Positions 1-12,870 of a stretch of DNA of 64,000 bases are shown here, piece by piece. Under the pieces are notes generated by a model, which saw only the letters and a program-made list of their open reading frames with translations, searched no databases and was not told where the DNA came from. Origin of the DNA: Phoronis australis (Eukaryota; Animalia; Phoronida); contig NMRA01000314.1 in assembly GCA_002633005.1 (NCBI GenBank), positions 1 through 64,000 on the forward strand, in the 5' to 3' direction. Position 1 is the stretch's first letter. Every line of letters begins with the position of its first letter. Both the position numbers and the translations under genes were made by a program.

Positions 1-878
1 GCATTGTCTTTTGTAGCCGGTAAGTATTATGAATGGATCCGTGACCGTAAATATAACACTATGGATGGCTGGACGTGGTTGAACAAGACACGAGAAAACA
101 AAAGCCATAGCGTTGCTATTCGAGATACGCATTCGGCGTAATATTGACAGTCCAAGTGAGCGCGAAAAACGAGTCATTGTCAGACAGGTTACGTAAGGAT
201 GTTCTCAAATGCCACATTCCCCTCAGGCCATGTCCGCTTGTAGCAGATTCATGTTCTGTTTGTGAGTCATGTTTTTGGACAGTGTTCTGGGAGACTCAGA
301 TTTGAACTTAAGGTGGTACATTTTGTTACTTAAAAGGAGACTAAACCCTATTCATTGACGATTTCAACCAATTCTCCTTCTTTCACCTGGTCATGCTAAT
401 GCATCATTGGCGTCAATCTTGAAAGATAAAAGTGAATCAACTTTATCTCACGAACTTCATATTACGGTCCTTGGCGAATGGTCTTTTTCCACAATTGCCG
501 TGTAATTCGCTAAAAGCGTAGGTAACGCTTGTCCATTTAGCAGACCTTGAAAGGGATTTTCAAATTCTCCAAACTTTTGAGGGTTTTCGAAGGTTACAGA
601 GCACTATTTCGTTTCAGAGAAAGTCGTTTTAGTATCTTTTAATACGCCAAAACTGGTTTGGTATCATTTGAACTATTTCTGGGTCAATTTTGATGTTTGA
701 AAACTGAATCGTGGACATTTGCTTAGAATAAAGACAAATTCACCCAACGGTAATACGAAAAATAGGCAGACTTAACATTAGTGAAACCAAGCAAGGGATT
801 TGTAACACGAGCCAACCAAACTCGGAGAGCAAGTTCATGTTCAGAATCGCGCTTTGTCTACTTTATGACAACAGAAAT

Positions 879-1120
879 CTGGGTAAAGTTGGGATATATG
901 CATTTTCAAAGTACCTAGGGGCGACTATAAGTCGACTGGGTAAAGTTGAGATGTATGCGATATCAAATTGCCTAGGGGCAACTATAAGTCCGCTAAGTTA
1001 AGTTGAGATGTATGCGATATCAAAGTACATAGGGGCAGCTATAAGTCCACTGGGTTAAGTTGAGATGTATGAGATATCAAAGTACCTAGGGGCGACTATA
1101 AGTCCACTGGTTAAAGTTGA
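879..1120. repeat. 57-bp minisatellite, ~4.2 copies
   Basis: Unit approx. CTGGGTAAAGTTGAGATGTATGCGATATCAAAGTACCTAGGGGCAACTATAAGTCCA repeated head to tail with no spacers. Confidence 0.9.
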
Positions 1121-1365
1121 AATAGCCACGCATGCGCAATTCAATCACCACTAGTACAGCAGCGACACCCCGAGGAGAATTCTCCGAATAGCCCCATTTC
1201 CTTACATGCAATGTGTGAATTTTCCATAAGGTTGGAACTACGTTCGGACTAAATGAATGTTCCTAAAATAATTTTGTCAATTTTTTAGACAGAGAGCACT
1301 GTAAGCCCTTGGAGAAAGTCGTCAAAAGGTTTTTTTCTCATGATATGCCCAGAATATTCAAGTCA

Positions 1366-1560
<195 letters not shown>

Positions 1561-2385
1561 TCAAAGGATTTACTTTTATCATCAACAACAAATAAAAATG
1601 TTCTGATTTTTGCAAGACCTTGCTGGAGAGTCAGAGTACTCAATAAACTTTGTTCACAATGTCTACAAAAGAATCAAGCTGTGTGTGGATGAAATAACAC
1701 CTGAATGAAACCTTCACATGCCTGCTACAAATGGTGACAATAAACTTAAACTCAGTCTACTTTCTAATTCAAAGGTTCGGGAAAACTTGAAATTTATTTG
1801 AAAACGAACCTGTTGATTGATAACAAAGTTGTCGTGAGTTTTGCTCACAAATTTTATGTGCAATGGGCCTGACTGCACATGGTTAGGATTGACATGTCTC
1901 GCATTAACGTGATACAGCCTGGATATGCAAATTGGAAAATAAATGCAATGTTGCAACACATTAATATTTTTCAAAATGTTGCAGGTCTTGGATATTTTTC
2001 GAGTTCAGGTGAAGCACAGGGTTATTTAGTACTTGAACCTTTTACAAAAATTAAATAAAAGATTTGGATACATTGTCTATTTTGCTGAGCCCAGATAATG
2101 ACTGTACCCATTGTATGCTCAAGGGAGTTGAGAAGAATTCTCGAGGTCCATAGCCTGGCAATAGTTTTCAAAATCCTTAGTTATTAAAAGAACTATTAAT
2201 GTACAATATGGCCTTAAATTGTAATCATCATTGGGTATTTTAATTTTATTTGACTGTATGAGCTCAAAACATTAAAATGATGTCATACTAAACACGCTCA
2301 CAGCCTATGGACCTCTGATGTGCACTCTTTATACAATAATTTCCAGAAGACTGAATAAAGTCATTCCATTAAATAATAAGATAAC

Positions 2386-2493
2386 CTCTTCTGGAGTCCC
2401 TAGGCGCTGGACTGGTGTCCGTGGGGCCTGGCTTTGCAACAGCTGGGGATCAGCATAGTTGGCAGCTGCTGTCTCAGAATAAATGATGCTTCC
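2386..2493 (-). CDS. PECR: PECR coding exon 6
   Basis: cag|GSIIYSETAAANYADPQLLQSQAPRTPVQRLGTPEE|gttat; SDR P..RLGTPEE motif. Confidence 0.92.
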
Positions 2494-3101
2494 CTGGAAA
2501 ACAGCGAGCAAAATACTCAAACAAAATTTTATATTGCCATCATGACAGGTAGGTGGCCTGCAAACACTTAGCCACTATGAAGGTCAATTACGGTTGACCA
2601 CGAAGGTCAGTTTCAGCTCATTCTGTCAGATTATTTTAGGCGTTTACTCAGGCAATTACAATGACCTTGTTTCAATAACTACATGCAATAAACTTGCAAA
2701 AGTTGTGAGGCGACATTTATTTATCATTTCCTTGAATGGTCTACTCTAACTCAAGCCAGGTGCACAGAAAAACATTTTGACGATCACCTAGTACATGTCT
2801 TGAATGAGTTATCAAAGCCATGAAAGAATTATAAAAATCATTCCAATTCTAACATTTAGAAAATGAAATTATTACAGATTTTTTGTGAAGTGACATGCTT
2901 TGCTTTGCTCTTGCTCAATACATTAAATTATTGAAAATTGCTACCAGTAGCAAACTGTCCATGATAACTAATGTGTTAATATCTGATGAAATCACAAATA
3001 CTGAACTGTACAAATAAACCATTGGTCATAAACTGTAAACGATATAGAATAGATCAATAACCTTTTAAATAGGATTTCAGAATATTAAAAATCTAACTTC
3101 A

Positions 3102-3452
<351 letters not shown>

Positions 3453-3704
3453 TCATCAATCGGCAAATATACACATCTACTAATATAATTTCAAAGCTAA
3501 CACTTATTAATGAAAACTCCGGTATGTATTTTGAAGTTACAAAACATCTCAAATTCCATTTTTGGCATCTCATCAGCAGTCATCTCTACAGTGACTCACC
3601 TCATCAGCAGTGACTCACTTCATCAGCAGTTACTCAATTCATTGGCAGTATGTCACTCATCTCATCAGCAGTCACCTCGTAATAGTGACTCAACAATGAC
3701 TCAC

Positions 3705-3786
3705 CTCATCATAGGGAAGCCCTTCCACATGTCTGCTATTATGTTAATGATGACTCCACCGTGATCAGACATCCATTGATTGTATA
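3705..3786 (-). CDS. PECR: PECR coding exon 4
   Basis: cag|(V)[26 protein letters not shown]|gtgagt; phases 1/2 match neighbouring exons. Confidence 0.93.
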
Positions 3787-4196
3787 CTGCAACACACAAC
3801 ACAAGTATCAGCTCACTGGTACAAAAACAGCACACAAAACGTCTGAGTACTTAACAGGAGAAATTTCATTTCGACTAATTTCTCAAAAAAATTAGGAAAA
3901 TTTTCTTTGCTTTAAGCATGGTTTGTGTGACATATTCAGTACCAATATTTGGCAAAATTTGATCATTAGCAACAGTACGTACATACTAGTAAGTCTTTGC
4001 AAAGTAGAAACGAGTGAACTTTAGAAATTATGTGCCCCAAATTGAAGATTTTTTACCATAGATAACTTAGAGTCAATGTCCTAATACAAAATGTAAGTAA
4101 AATTAAGGTGAACTGGAATGAAATGCACAACACCATCTATCGAACATGGATACAAAAAATAGATACCAAGTAATGGAGGAGGATCGAAGTCTATTA

Positions 4197-4367
<171 letters not shown>

Positions 4368-4965
4368 CTAACAAAAACAAGAACTTTGGGATGATATAAA
4401 AAGTTTTGTTTTTGCTCAGTTTTATTGGTTCAAAACTGCAGAATGAGACTATCTGTCCATACTTCAAAAAATGGATTTAATGACGTAATGATTCAAGCAG
4501 TACGTAAAGAAATCGAATACTAGAACACTGGCTCCTGCTGATTCTGGATTCTTCAAAATCTGTTTACAATTTGAGAGCAACATACGCTAGTCTGTTGGCA
4601 CATGGTCTAATTACTGACCAGTGTCCACTATGATAACGAAAATAACACATACGGTACAGTGACACATAATTTACATTTATTGCTGGATTTTCAATTGGAT
4701 GCATCCAACACCATCAGATGCATTTTCTATCGTATTCAGTGGCTTATACTATTGACCTTACAACTTAGAGAACTAAGTTTTGACAGGTTCAGAACTGACA
4801 GAGGTGAATAAATTATATTTCATCAGGGGTTACTGGTCCAGGATTTATGTTGATATTTTTAATTTTATTTGATTACACATGTAAGCAAATTTACAAAGTT
4901 CACTTTTCAAACATTGTTTTCATCAATTTTTAGAAAATAGTGATAACTTTTAAATGTTTGCATAC

Positions 4966-5090
4966 CTGGTCCTCTTTCCTGATGTTACATTCCTTTGCTC
5001 TAATTTCACAAGCAGGCAGTTTTTTTCGCATTGTTTTAGCCGCATTCTCCAATTTTTCACGATTGCGAGATGCAATCATAACTCTGCATC
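4966..5090 (-). CDS. PECR: PECR coding exon 2
   Basis: cag|(G)CRVMIASRNREKLENAAKTMRKKLPACEIRAKECNIRKEDQ|gtatg; ASR motif of NADP(H)-preferring SDRs and CNIR motif. Confidence 0.95.
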
Positions 5091-5900
5091 CTGGAAATAA
5101 GAATTCAATGATGAGGTTGAACTGAAAAGCTGACCCCTGACCCTGCAATCTTGCAGCAAATTACGTACAGTAAAATCAGACAAAATAATCCCAGATGGCA
5201 CGCATACAACAGGCTGTGACATACAGTGGAATACCATGTGACTTGTTCAAGCAGACTCACAATACATGTGCATAAAACATCCAATGGCTGTACACAGATA
5301 GAAAACTACCATTGGCAAATAGTGAACAAAAATTAAAGATATTTAAACGTTAAATTTAAAGGTGCCAATGTTAACTGTAAAATCACACCAGGCCCTGTAA
5401 CTATCAAATTTCAATTCGGTTTTGGAGGCTATTAAAATCACTCAATAGAGTTAAGTGCTCTGTTATATACAGTAGTATTGCTAAGGTTATATCAACAAAG
5501 CAACATCAGGTGCAATGTGACTTACATCTCTCGTTTCTTCAGCTGACTAAATCAATTTTTGCCTTTCAGAAGTATGGTTAGTAAAAGTTAGTAAAAGTTA
5601 ATAAAAGTTACTAACAGAGCTTACTTGGATTTGTTAGTACTGACACATTCAAAAAGTTATTTGTTCCCAAACTGAGGATTTTTATGTCCATTTCACAGAA
5701 TTCGTGAAAATTTTACTGTGTTTTAAGGCAGCCCTAAAAACCCTAGTGAATGACAGCAGCACTTTTGGGACAAGTTTTTGGAATCTGTAAGAAATTTGGT
5801 TTCAGAATCCAGTATTGGCTCATGTTTAGCTGTTAAGATTTGGCTGGGAATTGGTGAAAACTGTCATTTTTTTGTTTTCACAAACTTTTTTCAAAACCTT

Positions 5901-6367
5901 GCCGGAAGATTTTCGGCAAATCATGCCTTGCAAAGACTAAAACATCAAAGTCACATTGTTATATATACTTTTTTGGCATAGAAGGACACCTTAGGAGGTC
6001 GTCAATGTATTTAATTCCTTCCAAATCGAACAAATACTCCCGTTATCAAATGTTTTCTTTGAGCAGTCCCTCGGCCTCGTTCAGTTCCCATCGGTAACTC
6101 ACCATTTTAACACTGCGTGCGCTAGGTTATATGACATCAAACCACCTGGCGTGCGCAGTGTTAAAATTGGTGGGTTACCGATTTTGGGAACTGAGTGAGG
6201 GACTGCTCTAAGAAAACGTTTGATAACGGGAGTATTTGTTCGAGTTGGAAAGAATAATGACATCAACGGCCTTCTAATGTGTCCCTTTGTGAGCAAAAGG
6301 TGTTCACAGTAATGTGACTTTGATGTTTTAGTCAATGCAAGGCATAATTCGCCGAAAATCTTCCGGC
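5901..6367. mobile_element. Foldback/MITE-like imperfect palindrome in PECR intron 1
   Basis: GCCGGAAGATTTTCGGC...TTTTAACACTGCG (5901-~6117) is mirrored by CGCAGTGTTAAAA...GCCGAAAATCTTCCGGC (~6154-6367). Confidence 0.75.
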
Positions 6368-6533
6368 GTATGAAGCGCCTATGGGAGTTGCACCGTCCTA
6401 CGTGCTAGTGCCCGGCCACAGACAGTGGAACGGTGGTCCTAGCGTACATGGATTCTAGGTCTGAAGGTGGTACTGCGTCAAATAACCTCAGGGATTTACA
6501 CGACAAGACAAGACAAGAAAAGGAAAGACATGC

Positions 6534-6654
6534 CTAAATACAACAATTCTTCACTGATAGCTTGCCCAATGCCGGATCCGCCGCCAGTAACAATAGCAAC
6601 CTTGTTTCTAAATAGGTTTGGTCGGAAAACACTCGATACCCTGGACGTCGCCAT
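6534..6654 (-). CDS. PECR: PECR coding exon 1
   Basis: ATG at 6654: MATSRVSSVFRPNLFRNKVAIVTGGGSGIGQAISEELLYL G; Rossmann TGxxxGIG motif; ends at a GC donor (TTAG|gcatgt) in phase with exon 2. Confidence 0.93.
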
Positions 6655-7000
6655 TTTCAAATGATTTTGGTCACATGACCGCTACTACCGCCCTCTGTTA
6701 TTAGGGCTCACTTATATTTAGAGAGAGATCTATTTCTCTTTGGTTTCAGGCGTTTAGTACTCACAAACGTAGGCAGTATACAACCAAAAATATGAAACGT
6801 TTGCTATCTTTTAGTGCTTGTGGGATATAACTGGAAAAATACCAAAATACAAATCCTCCCATAGAAGGCGCTGTCATCCGTAATTCTTTTATTTTGAAGT
6901 TAAAAGTTGGTTGTGCACATGTTGCATAAGCTGACAGCAGACACCCACAATTAAGCTCGAAGCAATCCTTAAAATATTGAGTGAAAATAGTAAGTAGTAA
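6655..7000. promoter_or_regulatory. Probable bidirectional promoter region of PECR/MTRR
   Basis: Divergent ATGs at 6654 and 7770. Near-palindromic E-box GGTCACATGACC at 6669-6680. Candidate donor of an MTRR non-coding exon (gtaagt at 6990) and acceptor ttttcag at 7753. Confidence 0.5.
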
Positions 7001-7302
7001 GATATTTTATCGTAAGTAATTTAAGGATGGTAACATTTGTTTCAGTGTTGTTAGAAATGCACACGACTCCAGCCATCAAACTTGTTCTTGACGTAGTCGT
7101 AGTGTGGCTGTCTCTGACTGTGAGTAGAAGTGTTGATGGTGTCCACCGTCTCCAGCCGGGCTTGCTGGCCCCAATACAGACGGTGAAGCTCTCATGTTGG
7201 AGTTTCATACAACAGAACCTTTTCGGGGAATTATGCCTCACACTGATTGAAGCATCACAGCCAGTTAGTGACGTTGCTATTACCTTGTGCCCTTGTGGCA
7301 TA

Positions 7303-7446
7303 CACAGGCGTCCTCAGCTTCTGATCGTCCCCAATACACTACATATAATACTACAAGGTATGACACTCCCGACTAGAAATTCCACGGGTACCTTGTAGTA
7401 TTATATGTAGTGTATTGGGGACGATCAGAAGTTGAGGACACCTGTG
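7303..7446. repeat. Near-perfect inverted repeat (58-bp arms, 28-nt loop)
   Basis: CACAGGCGTCCTCAGCTTCTGATCGTCCCCAATACACTACATATAATACTACAAGGTA (7303-7360) versus its reverse complement at 7389-7446, with two mismatches. Confidence 0.9.
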
Positions 7447-7769
7447 GTGGCATAGGGGAAATAGCCATAAACAAACTTTTGTTTGAAGCAGTCCTTTGTT
7501 CAGTTGCCCAAATTGCTAATTGGCCATTTTTACACTGCGCCTGCTGATAGGGTGCGCAGTGTACAAACAATAGTGACACACAAGATCACCTGCTGCTTGA
7601 CCTTGGATCTGGCTAGATCATCTGGGTCATGACTCATGACCTCTTAACCCAAAAGGTTTACCTCTCGGAAGGCACAGGCACCTTTCCTCTCATGTGAACA
7701 AAAGCCAGTTAGTTCTGCATATTCATCACTTCTCAGTTTGCGCTATTTTTCAGCACAGATGATGACAAG

Positions 7770-7916
7770 ATGCCCTGTGAGTTAAAGTCCAGGTTCCTTC
7801 TGCTGTATGCTTCCCAGACGGGCCAGGCACAGGCGATCTCTGAAGAAATAGAAACCAATTCAGAACAATATGGACTGACGTGTGACCGCTTTTGTTTGAG
7901 TCTCACGGAGAAGAAG
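7770..7916 (+). CDS. MTRR: Methionine synthase reductase, coding exon 1 (flavodoxin/FMN domain start)
   Basis: MPCELKSRFLLLYASQTGQAQAISEEI...LTEKK|gtat; FLLLYASQTGQA FMN phosphate-binding loop. Confidence 0.93.
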
Positions 7917-9686
7917 GTATTTTTACTTCATGTTACCTGTTTCGTGCTAAGAATTGTATGATGACACTAGGCTTATATCAAAAACCAACTGCTGCCTGGT
8001 GGTTTAGCATGGCAGAATTATGTTGCAAACCCAGCAACGTTAATGAGGATCGTGATGTGGCAACACAATACAAACGTTTAAGGCTGTAAAGGTCACATTT
8101 TCTTGTTTGATTTTCAAAATCAAAAACCTATTAATCACATGCACATTTCACGGACTATTCAAATAATGCTATAAAAACTTTCAGAGAAAGAAAATTTATG
8201 AATGCTGTTGTCACCCCAGTGTATTCACGATGGGTCTAGTTATCTAGAGAATGAAAATATCAGCAGCCTGAGGCAATAGCAGAGTTGCAACCGAATCGAT
8301 TTAACGATTGCACATGTCCGGAAATTAGGGTGCGCAAAGGCTATTGGTAACGTTTGTTGAATGGCCGATTAGTTTGCACGACGCGTGAATTTTGTGCATT
8401 AAACTACACTGCTGTGTGTATTTCTGCCACTATTCGCCCTAATAAGCGCCCATGCCCCAATAAGTGCCCCCACGCATTTTCAGACTTCGCTAAAGTAAGC
8501 GCTCAGCCCATGAACTACATGCGAAAAATGCCTTACCTGTAGCTCTAACGTATCCAATTTATCAATTGAATGAATTTGTAGACCACGAGCCTCACCGTTA
8601 TGTCCGTATACACTTCCAAATTATGCCGCGATTCAAAAAAAACTCAACCAGTGATAGCACGTGGCCAAGAAGCGCGCGCTGCATAATGTACCGGCTGCCA
8701 TCAAAGACATTTAGTCGGGAACTATATATTCATGAATCAGGTAACGTAGCATCGGCAAGAAATAAATATTGGCACCAATTTCCGAAAGTTTCTAATACAG
8801 CAAAAAACTTATGCATTTTTTAAGAGAAATTATTTAACTAATCATAATTGTTGTTTTTAAAGTCAAAACGACACTGATAGTATAAAACACATTCACACCC
8901 TTACACCCCGAAAATAGCTGTACGGTCACGCGTCCACTCACCCGGCGACTACATGAGTGACATATCGGTCTTACCGAAACAATTCTCAAACATTATTTAG
9001 CAGATGGGGCCAGCAAGTGCTAAATATTAAAACACGCTCTGCTTGATTGCTTGAGATAATTTCTTTGGTTACAATGCTTACCTAGATCGTTACATCGCAT
9101 TTATTCTGGCAAATGATCTCTGATGACAAGCACACGCACGCTTACTCTCACACACACGCATACGAACTTCAAAACAAACGTCACGTGACAACAACATGTG
9201 TGTTCCTCCAGAGATTTTTCTCGTGTTGCGGGCTACAATCTAGCGCAGATTTGGACTTAATCTGCAGTTAATCCAGACTCCACAAGAACTTAAAAATTTT
9301 TGAGACGCTATTTGGAAAACTTGAGGAGGATTTTGTTGAGTCTTATTCAAGAATTCAAGCCCTATCAATGATTGCGAGCCCGGCAGCAACGCATATGTCG
9401 GTGAGATTTTGCCCTGGGATGTCAGCACAATTTTCTGAAAAATGATCGTAAAATAACAACGAATTTTGATAGCAATGCACCACAATTTTGTAGAAAGTAA
9501 ACAATAATATTCTGGACTTAGTCTTAGCACGTTAATGCATAGTGTGCGTTAAGTGAGTCGACAAAACAGATGATTGTGCAGAGGCATTATCCTCAAAACT
9601 GCTCAAGTTGGCTTGGTTCTGGTCAAGCGAAAACAAGTGTTTTTTACTACCCTCTGCCGTGGAGTATTTGTTACTGTTTATTTCTA

Positions 9687-9940
9687 TGGAAATATTGTTG
9701 GCCAGTTTCCAAGATACGTTTTCTTGCTGCCCTCAAAATGAGCGCTGCATACTTTATGTCATAAAGTCGGAAAGAATTCACTAAATCAGCCTTTGCTACC
9801 AGCTCTACCAATGTTTCTGACCCATTTTTACGCAGTTCTTGATCCTTGGGAAACAGGTAGTAACTAAATTCTTTATCTCGCCAACTGGTATTATTGCAGC
9901 CACGCACACAACTCGTATAACCTCCCGGTGGCCGGTTCAT
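9687..9940 (-). mobile_element. Decayed THAP-domain sequence (DNA transposon remnant) in MTRR intron 1
   Basis: Across frameshifts and stops: CVRGCNN..FSYYLFPKDQELRK / WVRNIGR..VCSAHFEG / PTIFP, the full C2CH THAP signature. Confidence 0.75.
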
Positions 9941-10203
9941 CCCCACGCTTACTGACGTACTTATTTACCGACTTAACCACAACATTTTGTCAGTCTAATC
10001 TCTTCTTTGACTAAACTTTGCTTCTGATACGTGATGCAAATTCTGAATTGGGCCCTTACTATTCATCTCCGTTCATGCTTTCTTCTCAACTGAAAATATG
10101 ATGCAACATTGTTGTCTGTCATTTGATGAAATTTTATGACAGCGTTCACTGTGTTGAGCCATTAACTGTCACACATAGTTCATGAAAACTGCATTTATTA
10201 CAG

Positions 10204-10354
10204 TTTAACATCGAACGGGAGAAGTATGTTATTTTTGTTTGCTCGACGACCGGTGAAGGAGAGCCTCCTGAGACTGCTTGCAAATTTTTCCGACGACTGA
10301 AGAAGAAGACATTACCACGTGACCACTTGAAGCATCTGCAGTACTCTGTGCTAG
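10204..10354 (+). CDS. MTRR: MTRR coding exon 2
   Basis: cag|FNIEREKYVIFVCSTTGEGEPPETACKFFRRLKKKTLPRDHLKHLQYSVL G|gtttgt; STTGxGxPP flavodoxin motif. Confidence 0.95.
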
Positions 10355-12752
10355 GTTTGTAGCTTAATCATGGCTAACTCAATTCATAATGATTATCATT
10401 ATTTTTACACACAAGATGGTGTATTGATGTCAGTATCATCTTTTGTTATACCTTCTTTAGCTCTCACTTCTGTGAAAAATATTACATGTTCTGAAGCTTT
10501 CAAGTTATATCTGGATTCCGGACATACTATGACAACCTGTTCTATTTGAGGACTTGTACCTGATGTTTTCAATACCCAAATGGGAATGTGTAACGTCGCC
10601 CGATAGAAAGTACCCTGAGCACTTTGGACGATCTGCACTGTCCCCCTGGTGTTGAACATGTTCTAGTGGCAGATAAAAAACAAAGGAAGAACCTGGACAG
10701 CCACAATTAACAGCTGCAGAATTAGAAAGAATATTCCAGGATCTTCATTTTTCAACAGCTGGTCATGGTCGACAAGATCATTGAGAAAGCTGGTTGCCTT
10801 GGTAAAATGGACCAGTTAAGTTTTTGGTGTTAAGTGGTTTTAAAAACTGATTTGTTTTTGACTTGGTAATTGGCCTCTGAAAATACCTCAAATCTGTCAC
10901 AAGGTCAAAAGAAAGTGCAGTTCAAATTGCTTTTCAAGCTCGTTGGTTTGCGTAACCCAGTCATCTTCATAGAACCTTAGCAACTGGAAAACACTTACCC
11001 ATAGATGGCCCTACTAGTAGTCACATTCACAAGTGGTTTCTTTGTTGTTATTTTCTGAAATCTCTTCATTTACTTTTAACATCTCTCAGATTTATGACTT
11101 TTATTTTGTTTATGTCATGACTGCTCCTTAAAGTGTCTATGATCTCGTCTTGCTTCACCATTCATTTAACACTGACTCTTGGACTCACAAACAATTCATC
11201 GTTGTGTTCTCCAACGGTGAACACGATTTGCAGTCAGTGCCCCTTTGTGGGTTTGTGGAACTACACGCTATACTATATAGCATTAGATCACATGAATCTG
11301 CTGCTATCTCTCTCTTCCATTAAAACTTTTCTTTCTTCTGAAGCTTTCCAAAAGGTATTAAAATTGGTGCTCATTTTGAACTATTTAATTGTTAGTGTAC
11401 AGTTGTTCTCATAGGAATTCTTCAGCTTGTATCAATTTTCTATTTTGCTCATTCCTTCGTATTCATCCAACTGGATATTTCAGTGTTTTGAGCTCAAGTA
11501 ATTGTGCCTGTCAGAAGTTGAGTGTGAGTTCAGTTTAAAAGGTAGCTATGCATTGTGATTGTGCATGGATGGAGAGAGAATAATGAAATCCAATAATAAT
11601 TATTATTAATTACTGGGTAACGCAAGTGAAACCTGATGTTATTTAAGTACACTACGCTAGCGCCCTCTATAAGGATAACTTCAATCAATTAACCATAAAT
11701 AATCAAAGGGGTTATCTGCTATCCAAGCTGTAGGACTCCACACTCAGATGACAGTTCTGTCGGTTGATCGTCTAACTAACACAAACTGTACTTCGACTGC
11801 GTACATGCTGGCCAAAGTCCTTGGTAACGCAACACATGTCTGCAGTATCGATCTGCCCACGATACACTACACTTGCCACAGTGTTTCATGACACAACGAA
11901 CACTTAGACTGTATCTGACTACCCACAATTCCTCTCGCTGGTCGTAGTCCCTCGTGACGCAACACGTGTAAGCAGTATCTTACTACCCACGATGCAAGTG
12001 ACTAACTCTTAGTAAACGTCCTGTTCGTTAACTCTTGCCGTTGCCAAGATCCTCTTTAGAATCGTCCACATGATGGCTCTGTAGTACTATTTCTTCAGTA
12101 CACTGAAACAAGTCCTGTAGCTTCAACTACTGAATCCTAACTGGCTGTTTTGCGGTCTTCTGCCCAAATCATAATAATGCATGTACTAAACATTTGCTAA
12201 TGAAAACCACTCGATCTTATCTAATCATATCATTGGCTGTTAAGATCTGTTCTCAGTACTTTGACCCCAGAACAAAAGAGGTTAACATCATCTAAACGTG
12301 TAGGTATCCAAAGTACATGTAAACAAGTTTGACTCGTGATTTTTTAAAATTATATATGCTCAAATTTTGGGCAACTCTATGGAACTTAATCTACTAATTA
12401 CAAACTGACGGTATCGTACTGTTACATAGTGTTAAAAGGTAGGTGTTTGTTAACCGGAACCATCTTATTTTCTATATAGATCTGACAACCGTGCACACAG
12501 TTTCTTGGCTACCAAAACTGGCCTCAAAGTTTCTCAGTCTTCTTGGTTCAGTAGTATAAGAGTAGCCGTTATGTCCTTGAATTTGAGAATACATTAACAA
12601 TGTCTGTGTTATTTGGAGCTACTGTGCAGCGATGCAAATGAGAACAACATTTGATAGAAATGCCAGAAGAAGTGCTCAAGACATGTGTTTATAGTTTTGT
12701 CAGAGTTGTTCCTTAATCAACAGTGTTATAAATGCAACTCCTCTTCTTTTAG

Positions 12753-12870
12753 GCTTGGGAGACAGTAACTATAGCAACTTCTGTGAGTTTGGAAAAAATC
12801 TGGATCGTCGTCTTCGTGAACTGGGAGCTCAGCCGTTCTACCCATGTGCCTGGGCAGATGATGCTGTCGG
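12753..12870 (+). CDS. MTRR: MTRR coding exon 3
   Basis: tag|(G)[39 protein letters not shown]|gtgggt; GLGDSxY..FC motif. Confidence 0.95.

Noticed and set aside
116-255. Candidate PECR terminal exon (cag|(E)HESATSGHGL...AYLE*) on the minus strand
   Set aside because: Phase fits, but the polypyrimidine tract is poor, there is no PECR-like sequence and no PTS1 (SKL/AKL) end; the true exon is probably outside the window.
10110-10133. Plus-strand CCLSFDEI resembling the P-element/THAP9 catalytic DE motif
   Set aside because: Opposite strand to the THAP relic, followed at once by a stop, and too short to distinguish from chance.
11635-12289. Possible solo LTR (TGATGTTA...TAACATCA) with three ~60-bp internal subrepeats
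   Set aside because: No target-site duplication, PBS or PPT; probably a repeat, but the class cannot be supported.
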